NCBI GenBank assembly: GCA_964016885.1
Contig: OZ024742.1
Coordinates: forward strand, 27,280,001 to 27,344,000
Direction: 5' to 3'
Length of the DNA: 64,000 nt
Origin: Eledone cirrhosa
Taxonomy: Eukaryota
Shown here: in pieces, positions 55,456-64,000 of the stretch
How the letters are laid out: each line of letters opens with the position of its first letter
How positions within the stretch are numbered: position 1 is the first letter of the stretch
The notes under the pieces: generated by a model
The model's input: only the letters and a program-made list of their open reading frames with translations
What the model was told of the DNA's origin: nothing
Databases searched by the model: none
Program-made: the position numbers and the translations under genes

Positions 55456-55460
<5 letters not shown>
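55110..55460 (+). mobile_element. SINE with 3' extension, same as 2033-2420
   Basis: GGTTCAAATCGCACCGAGGTCAACTTTG, then GATGGGCTGCACCAGGTTTAAGAATTGCCCTAGAAATGC; reverse copy at ~58590-58800. Confidence 0.7.
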
Positions 55461-55500
<40 letters not shown>

Positions 55501-55504
<4 letters not shown>

Positions 55505-56330
55505 GAAAAATCGCGTGCTGCGTTGTCGCGAATATGAACATATGAATAAAAATAGACCGAGAAAATTCCGTCATCAGTAGTCTGCTTATTATCATTGGTA
55601 TTTCTTCGCATTAAAGACTAGATACCTAAAATCAGTGCGAGCGATAACTAAATTTATCTTGTGGGCTTAAGAGGAAAGCAGTAAGGTAACAGACAAAATA
55701 CGAACCACAGCGAAGGGAAAATATATGTGAATGAAATATGGCGTGCTGCGTTGTTGCAAATATGAACATATGAGGTCTATTTTTATTCATATGTTCATAT
55801 CGCAACAACGCAGCACGCCATTTTTCATTCACATATATTTTCCCTTCGCTGTTGTTCGTATTTTTTCTGTTACCTTACTGCTTTCTTTTTTATCTCTCTC
55901 CCCCTTACCTCTTACTTTCCTCCATCCCTGCTGCTGGTCACACACTCTCAGCTGGCCCCTTCCTCACACTTTCACTCACTCACTCTCTGCTACTCCCCCC
56001 TCTCTCACTTCCTCCCGTCTGACCTGCGTTAATTCTTTCCTCTCTCAATTTGTTCGTGGCTCGGACGTGTCAATTTTCTTCTCGTCATTTGATTTGTCAG
56101 AAAAGATACATTGATACATTAAGCCCACAAGATACATTGACTTGTCTCTCTTTTCCTCTCTTTACGTTGCGTTACTACCATGTTGTTTGTTCACTTTCCT
56201 CTGTCCCGATAACTTAATTTACTTAACGCTCGAACTGATTTTAGGTATCTAGTCTTTAATGCGAAGAAATACCAATGAGAATTAGCAGACTACTGATGAC
56301 GGACTTTTCCCGGTCTATTTTTATTCATAT
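55501..56330. mobile_element. ~540-bp unit (55774-56330) with a deleted inverted copy (55501-55773) between (TA)n tracts; hammerhead remnant lacking GAAA
   Basis: GGTCTATTTTTATTCATAT at ~55774 and ~56312; AGACTA-CTGATGA-CGGA..CGGTCT at 56287-56316, mirrored at ~55553-55582. Confidence 0.72.
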
Positions 56331-56549
56331 ATATATATATATATATATATATGAGATGCGAGAAAAACCACAAACCTTCCATCTCAATTCTACTTTTGAA
56401 AAGCACAAGAACTGCGGAACCGGTAAAGGAACCAAATAAATATATCTTTTTTTTAAAAAAGACTCCAGTTGCATTTTCGATTTCATCTTTTTTCTTTATA
56501 CTTTCACTCCTGTAGGACATCTCGTTTTTTTTTCATAAAAAAACCTCAC

Positions 56550-56591
<42 letters not shown>

Positions 56592-56645
56592 CGTTTCTGA
56601 ATTTGTTTAGCAAGATTCTTTATCTGAAATCGTGTGTTGAAACCG

Positions 56646-57160
56646 ATATTGTTATACTTTGGGAGGGTCATGTTGCCAATAAGAAACACACGCACCAGTT
56701 GCTTTCACTTCAATTTATTATAATAAATTTATAATAAATTTATAAAGTTATAAATTTCTGGTTGGTTGGTTGGTTCCACAACCAGATAGTTGTTTATATA
56801 TTGTCATAGTTCTTTCGTCACACACTTTGTGACCTCTTCAGTGACTGGGGATTCCTTTCTTTGTTTCTGTGCCTCTCCTTTGTTCTGTCCTACGCCATTT
56901 TGTTTCAGAAACAAAATGGCGTAGGACAGAACAAAGGAGAGGCACAGAAACAAAGAAAGGAATCCCCAGTCACTGAAGAGGTCACAGAGTGTGTGACGAA
57001 AGAACTATGACAATATATAAACAACTATCTGGTTGTGGAACCAACCAACCAACCAGAAATTTATAAATTTATAAATTTATTATAAATTTATTATAATAAA
57101 TTGAAGTGAAAGCAACTGGTGCGTGTGTTTCTTATTGGCAACATGACCCTCCCAAAGTAT

Positions 57161-57168
<8 letters not shown>
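56646..57168. mobile_element. Near-perfect palindrome (~260-bp arms) with a hammerhead in each arm (56803-56845 minus; 56969-57011 plus)
   Basis: Centre TTTGTTTC-A-GAAACAAA at ~56907. Plus arm: GTCA-CTGAAGA-G-GTCACA-GAGTG-TGTGAC-GAAA-GAAC-TA-TGAC. Ends in (TA)n. Confidence 0.9.
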
Positions 57169-57231
<63 letters not shown>

Positions 57232-59518
57232 CCCTTTCTCATTTCCTTTCTCTCACTTTCTATCCTTCTCTGGAAGAAAACTGCTGTATTCAAACCTGGA
57301 GAGGGAAAGGCACCGCCAGTCTTTAAAATTCACAAGTAACACCCAATCTCATAAGTTACGTGATTATACCATATCATACCAATTGTAATATCGACTAGAG
57401 AAAATATGACAAAGCTAACTGATGTGATTCAAGTGTTTGTAATCCATACTTTTGGAAATGTTTATCATAGAAACGTCTGATGTAGTCCTCAAGCATGTTC
57501 TATTTCTTCCTAATGTTCTTCGCCTATAGCAGAAACCGCTTGAGTCTTTCTGTGTTGATTGTTGTTGACCTTTGTATTAGCAGAATATCTGTTTTTTTCT
57601 TAGGAGTGGGATACTTTTATTTCCCCTTCGTTCCGTCTATTAGTATAATAATTGTTTGTGTATAAACTCCATTAACTCACTGTTGAAATTCCAAGCAGCA
57701 GTGAAATTGCAGAGAGATAAGTGTTGTTACTGTTGTAGTTATTGTTACTGCTGCAGCTGTTATTGTGCCTTTCACTTAGTGTTTTCTGTTGCTTTGGCAG
57801 CTGTATAACAGAAAATTCGGATACGTATATAACAGATCTTACAATAAAACATCAATCAAGATAAATTCACATAAACATGATTGTGGAATCGTACATAGAT
57901 ATTTTTTTGTGTTTTAGAATGTCCATTAAATAAGGTGTTGTTGAAAGTTTTATAGAAAATCTACATAAAATATGATCGTGATTTTAAAATGAACATATTT
58001 ATAAGCTAAATATTGACAGAAGTAAAGATAAACGGTGATAACAATCTTTATTGTCGTCAATATTTGTACGTGTTTATCAACTTGTAGAAGTTATTCTGTT
58101 GAAGTAACGTCAAAACGGAAGATATTTGTTAGTTAATGTGTGGAATAGTTTTCTGTGGCGTTTGACAGTGAATAGTAGTTGTTCAATAAACGGAACAGCC
58201 TGTTCCTGAAATTAACGCGTATTTGGTTGGCTATTCCACAGAGTCATGTAGCCTTAATCTGTTTCTCAGGGAGATTCCCAGGGAAATTCTCAAGCAGTTT
58301 CATATACAGTATCTCTGACTGGCTTCCATACAATTTCTGTCAACCTAATTTACGTTACTTGGCATGAATTGATCAAAAGCTTATGATAAATGACACTTTT
58401 CAAGATACCACGTAATTGTATCAAGGCGGGTATTTTATTGAGAAGCAAACGTTTTAACCATTTGAACACCCTGCGTCCTCTAACTGCTAGAAAGAGGCAG
58501 TGAAAGGGGGTTGTTTCTCATGGCTGTCGGTGAGAGCCAGAAAAGAGTAAACTGCAGCTTTACATGCATTATCCCGTAACTCCTGGGAGAGTCGTAGGGG
58601 CACCATATTTACGTATGGCGATTCTATGGCAGTTTTTAAACCTGGTAGAGCCCAATCCTATCCAGGTTTGAATACAGCAAATTTCTTCTAGAGACGGATA
58701 GAGAGAGTGAGAGAATGGAAGTGATATGAACTCAGAGAATTGAGAGCCGAAACAAATAATACAAAGAATTATATCCGACGTCCTAACGGCTCTGACAATA
58801 CGGAGCCAAACAGCAGTTTTACTTCTGTTTAATAACTAAAAGGATTTCTCACGCCTTACTAGTCTCTGATTCGCTAAAAATTAGTTGTAATGTCTGATTA
58901 GTTACAATATCAAACGTGAAAGTGGTTATAAAACAAAAATAATATATGTATAATATCTGCATTAACCGCTATGTAAATAAAATACTAATTAAAAAATTCA
59001 CAACAAAATTGTCCACTGTTTGATGAGACACCGCCACGTATGGAGGAGCAGGCAACACTATTTCTCAGGCTAATTTCTAATCTAGGTGTAGCAAACTTCA
59101 GTAAATACCTATGAGCATCCTCCGGGTTGAACAAGATGGGAACTTTCTAAAGATTCCATTGTGGCTCCGGGGTCTTCCCCATCTTGTTGGGCGGGCGCAC
59201 GATTGTGGACTGACCCTTAAGTTTCATTTATCGTAAGAGCGTGTGGAATAGATTTACTTCAATGTTTTATAAGCATGTTTAAAAAAAAAAAAAAAAAAAT
59301 TGACAATTATCTTATTATCTTACCCGAAAACACTACCATGGCAATAACTACAACCAGCACTACCCAGGGACGGTAGAACTGGGTGGGGCAGGGAGCCATC
59401 AAAACCAATAGTTACATTTTCTCCCCAAACTTCCAAAACACACATCTATTTGTAAATGCGCTACGATGTATGTACATGTTATGTAGAGACGGATGGGAGA
59501 GATAGATATAGATATAAA

Positions 59519-62500
59519 TTTCTATTTATTTGCCACCAGGGCATCAAAGATTGGGACAAATACAAAGGGGGAGTTTACATACATTTAAAAAGACGTGTAA
59601 AAAAAACATATAATAAATTAAATTTAACAATCGAAGTCCTCATTAGGGAGGGGCGTTGACATGGGTCGCACACACCCTCGAAAAAATGTGCAACCCTCCT
59701 CTTCAGGAGCACAAAGAGCGGGTGCTCCCTTCCTCTTCTCATTCTTCTCCTCTCTCACCTACAGGCTGATATAGAGAGAAGGCCCATTCACTCGGGCCAT
59801 TCTCGCTACATTCACCCACCTTTCATAAAACTTGCTGGGGTAGAGCACCTCTCTCTCCATTCTGATCCTTCTTCTAAAGTGGTACTTGAAAAAAGGGACC
59901 AGTTGTTGGCCGGAGAGAGGGAAAGGTGTCTGACATCAGCCCTTTCAACCTTGTCCACCATACAACCTCTTTCGCCATAGCTATCACACAGAGGAAAACC
60001 GCCTCTCCTTCGTTTTTGAAAGGGGGAGGCGGTTTGATCGTGACAATGTTCTCGGTGGTCAACCGGATAGGTCCCACCCGCGACAGTAGTCATTCCACAT
60101 AGCCCCACAGGTCAGCAACGCCCGGGCAGTGTACGAATGCGTGTGCGACGGTTTCCTCGTCACGCACGCATCTCGGACAGATCTTCTTTGAGGGGTCACT
60201 ACCCGGGCACCCGTGTCTGTAGAGATTTCCCGAACGGGTAGAGTTCCTCGGTAACATTGCCAAGCCAGGGACTTTTGGAAGTTGTCCATCGGTCCCGGGC
60301 CAAACGTCCTACCGAACAGACTGGCCAGCTCATCTTCCTCCATGCCCAGAGCCTCTCCGAGAGCGTCGTCGCACTTACTGTGCACCAACCATCTATAGAA
60401 TGTTGAGGTTGAGTCTCCACTGATTGCCGGATCCGCTTGCCAGAGGGCCGTGAGCGCCTGGGCATATTCAATGTGCCAGTCGCCCACTTTTCTCGTTCTT
60501 TGCTTGACCCAGGATTGCAGCTTGGTGAGTGAGACGAGTCTCAGAAAGGCTCGCCTCACAAACAGAGCCCACACCGGCTGACCGGTGAGGAATACCTGGA
60601 GGTGCCGTAGCCTTAATGCGTGTCTACGCATCGTCAGCCACGACATCCCCAGCCCTCCGTTCGAAGGATGTTGACAGCAGATGAATCTTCTCACCAAAGG
60701 AGCCCGCTTCTTCCAAAGAAATCGGAAGAGCGCGGCGCTCCATTTTGGCGAGTGTTTTCACTGGGCAAGGCACGACGGTCAAGCGGTAGTAGATGACGGA
60801 CGCTATATAAGCGTTCGCCACCTCCGCTCGACCATTCAGGGATAGTTTGCACTCGGCCCACTTCTGGGCGAGTGCAAACACCTTGCCCGTTACCTCGTCC
60901 CAGTTTTTCTCCACCTGGAGGTCCGGTCCGAACCAGATCCCGAGCAGCTTCACCGGTCCCTCTGTCCAGCGTCCGACGATGTCTTCGGAGGACATCGTTT
61001 TTCCCCTCCACGTCCCGAGTTTCAGACCGACGGACTTGTTCCGGTTCAGCTTGGCTCCTGTGAACCTTTCGTATTCCTCCAGTATGGTGCCGATCTGACC
61101 GATTTCCGAGGCGCACGACACCATTACTGTCACGTCGTCGGCGTAGGCCGACACCGCTTTCCGCAATCCCGGTTCCAAGGGGATGCCCTGCAACAGCTCC
61201 AGCTTCCGCAGTAGTGGCTCGAGAACCAGCACATACAGGAGGGAGGAGAGAGGGCATCCCTGTCGGATGGATGGCGTGATTTGAAACGGCTCCGAGAGGT
61301 AGCCGTTCACCTTGACCCTCGAGCAGGTGTTGCTGCTGTGCATTGCAGTAATCCAGCTCCTGAAAACGGGTCCGAAGCCTGCCGCCGCGAGCACCGCATC
61401 CAGGTACCGATGGTCAACCCTATCGAACGCCTTAGATTGATCCAAGTTGATCAGGGCCCCACCAAAGCCGGGTTCGTTCCCTACCCTCTCTACGATGTAT
61501 CGCATGAGGTGGAGGTTGTCATGTATGGACCTGGACGGGATTGCGCATGTCTGCGCTTCTCCCACCAGGTCCCCGACGACAAGCGCCAACCTCTTCGCTA
61601 ACACCTTGGCCAAAATCTTTAACTCTGTGTTTAGCAGAGTTATGGGCCTGAAGTTATCTATGTCATGCCCCTTGTTCTCGTCCTTCCTCACCAGCGTGAC
61701 TACGCCCTTGGTCACAGAACTGGGAATTCTCCCGTTCTGTTGCCAGTTGCAGTAGACCGCCTCGAGGAAACCGGAGGACAAGCCCGGCATCACTACTTAA
61801 AATTCGTATGGTAGACCATCGAGACCCGGAGATTTGCGTTTGCCGCATTGGCTCAGCGCTTCCCCTATTTCAGCGACTGAAATCGGCCTCTCGCAGGACT
61901 TCGCCTTCCCGTCCGAGAGCCGCGCCAGTCCGTCGAGGTATGGACCCAAATCCATGGCCCCACCCGGCCCGCCGCCCCTCCCGAACAGTCGTGCAAAGCG
62001 CCGTTGAAAGGCCGCGCTCATCCGCTCAGGTTCAAGGATCACGCGTCCATCCTGGTCCTTTAAAGACCGAATCGTGAACTTGTTTCCACTTTTTGCCTCT
62101 GTCACTCGGGCCCAGCTAACAGCTTTGGCTCCCTCGTTACCCAGAGCACGTATTTTACTCCTGACAACGTAGCCCTCGTGCTTCGCATCATAGAACTGGT
62201 CTAGGGCCGTTCTTGACGCCAGCACACCGCCCACGTTGCCACTCCTAATCGCCTCTTCTACTCTATTTATTAATTCCCTTTCAGTTCTATTCCTATCTGA
62301 TGCTAATTCCCGACTAAAACCTATCGATTCTATTCTAATTTCTCTCTTGAGAGAGCCCCGCCACCTGCTGTTGACACTTTCCCCCGTCAAACGCTGCTTA
62401 ACTAGTGTGCTAATCCACTTACTGTAAGCTTTGTTTGTCGGTAAAGATAAGTTTAGCTTCCAGTAACTGGGTCCCTGTCTATGAGTTCTATCAAGGTTGA

Positions 62501-64000
62501 CCACTCCGGTCACCAACTTGTGATCCGAATAGTCAACCAAGAACATTCCTGGACAGCTTAATATGTCCCTATCCTTATTTCTAACTAGGAACCTATCTAG
62601 GTACGACCTAGATGTTCCGCTGCGATTACTCCACGTCCACAGTGGCACAGTCGGAAAATATAATCGATATCTATCGGCCAGATCAAACCGGCCGATTAAT
62701 CGTTTGAGGCTGTTACACGCCCCTCTATTGGGACATGCCCCTATATAGTCCCAACGTGCATCCAGGATACCATTCCAGTCCCCCACTAAAAGCAAGGAGC
62801 GAGACGTTCCCAGGAAATTCTCCAGGCGTCGAAAAAAGTCCGAGCGCGGTGTCCAAGATGGGGCATACGCTGCCACCAGCCTGAAAGCTCCACCTTCACC
62901 ACTGCCGACGTCTAAAACCACCAGTCGACCCTCCGGGTCCAGGTGTACCTTCTGTGTGGCAAGACCCATGTATTTTCGCAGCAGAACGACAACCCCACCC
63001 TACCCCTCGGCTGACAGAGAGATGCGTAGATCTCAAAGTCGTCGAAGATGGGGGCCAGTTGGCGCTCGCTGCTGATCCTGGACTAGCAAATAACCAATAC
63101 ATCCACTCTGTGCGACCTTAGGTCATTTAAGAGTTTGCCCTGTTTCCAGGGCATCCCCAGGCCACGTGCATTCACACATCCGACTCTTGTATTGGCCATG
63201 TTGGTGCTGAAGAGTTAAAAGGAAGAGGAAAGGAAATTACTTACCTCTTCGTCTCCTAGGGACCAGGCTGCACAATTTCCATGGGGGTGTTGGAAGGGTT
63301 GTTTGGTGGGGTGGTAGTTTGTGGTGGGGTGAGGACATCAGTGTGTGGTAGGTTTAGGGTGTTTGGTGGGGTGTGGGTGTCTGGTCTGGGGGTGGGGAAA
63401 CATCTCAATAGGACTCTGTTAAGTGGTTTGGTGTAGGTGGGCCCCACATGCATTGGATGGTTCTTTTTCAAAGTTACATAGGTTTCCGTTGGGACCCTAA
63501 TCATCATTAGGTGCGGTTTGTTCGCTGCGTAGGTGAAAGTGATCCCTTTGGTTTCCACCGAAGGGTTATTTTTCTATCGCTTTCATCAATGTTTTATTGT
63601 TCTTGTTAATGTATGTAAAGAGTTTTTGTGTGTTGTGTTTGTTTTTGTTTGTTGTTCTTGTGCGTGTTTGCGTTTTGTAGTATGTGTTATGTTTTGGGGA
63701 GGGGTATATTTTGGGGTTTTGTTGTGGTTGCTTTTGTATTTGTTTTAGGTGGGAAGGTGTTGGGTGGAACAGTGTTTTGTGTTGTTATTTTTCCGTGTTG
63801 TTGTGGTTGTTGTTGTTGTTGTGGTGGTGGTGGTGGTGGTGGTGGTGGTTGTGTTGTTGTGTTCGGGGTTGGCAGAAGAGCCTTTTTTTTTACTCGTTAA
63901 TTGACAAGCAGCCCTCAGGTGACCCCTGCTTAATCAGTGGTAACATGACGGCTGCCTTCCCTCCACTGAAATGTTTATATAAGTTAGCCCGTCCAGAGAC
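59519..64000 (-). mobile_element. L1/Tx1-clade non-LTR retrotransposon, degraded; 5' end at or beyond the window edge
   Basis: ORF2 remnant plus an upstream low-complexity ORF1-like region (63256-64000); AATAAA on the minus strand near 59530. Confidence 0.88.
59760..63199 (-). pseudogene. L1/Tx1 ORF2 (APE endonuclease, RT, C-terminal zinc knuckle) with stops and frameshifts
   Basis: Starts MANTRVGCVNARGL at 63199; LVGDWN, SRSYLDRF, YSDH, KSPGLDGLPYEF, NFRPITLLNTELKILAK, LDQSKAFDRVDH, IRQGCPLS, AYADDV, and CPRC...EETVAHAFVHC near 60185-60125. Confidence 0.93.

Noticed and set aside
60691-62748. Alternative-frame and antisense ORFs over the L1/Tx1 element
   Set aside because: Shadow ORFs of a GC-rich coding region with no motifs.

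Overview
Repeat-rich, AT-rich eukaryotic DNA. The tRNA-derived SINEs, (TA)n density and retroelement mix suggest a coleoid cephalopod such as Octopus (inference). The only host coding sequence I can support is one 107-bp spliced exon at 14192-14298 (+) encoding the start of a Dpr/DIP/lachesin-type Ig domain, so the rest is probably giant intron. Degraded mobile elements present: an RTE-clade LINE (1-1746), a hAT transposon (7791-10039), two Helitron pieces, an RTE/Expander 3' end, an L1/Tx1 LINE (59519-64000, minus) and many SINEs. There is also a ~12.7-kb purine-rich 38-bp satellite. The most striking signal is invisible in the ORF track: roughly 18 type I hammerhead-ribozyme motifs (intact, variant or decayed) from about 10 unrelated sequence families. 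Nearly all lie in partial-tandem or inverted-repeat elements embedded in (TA)n tracts, and most have a short palindromic stem III. They include a 559-bp retrozyme-like tandem array with four copies and one element that still carries a Penelope-like endonuclease C-terminus. All folds were read by eye; activity is untested.
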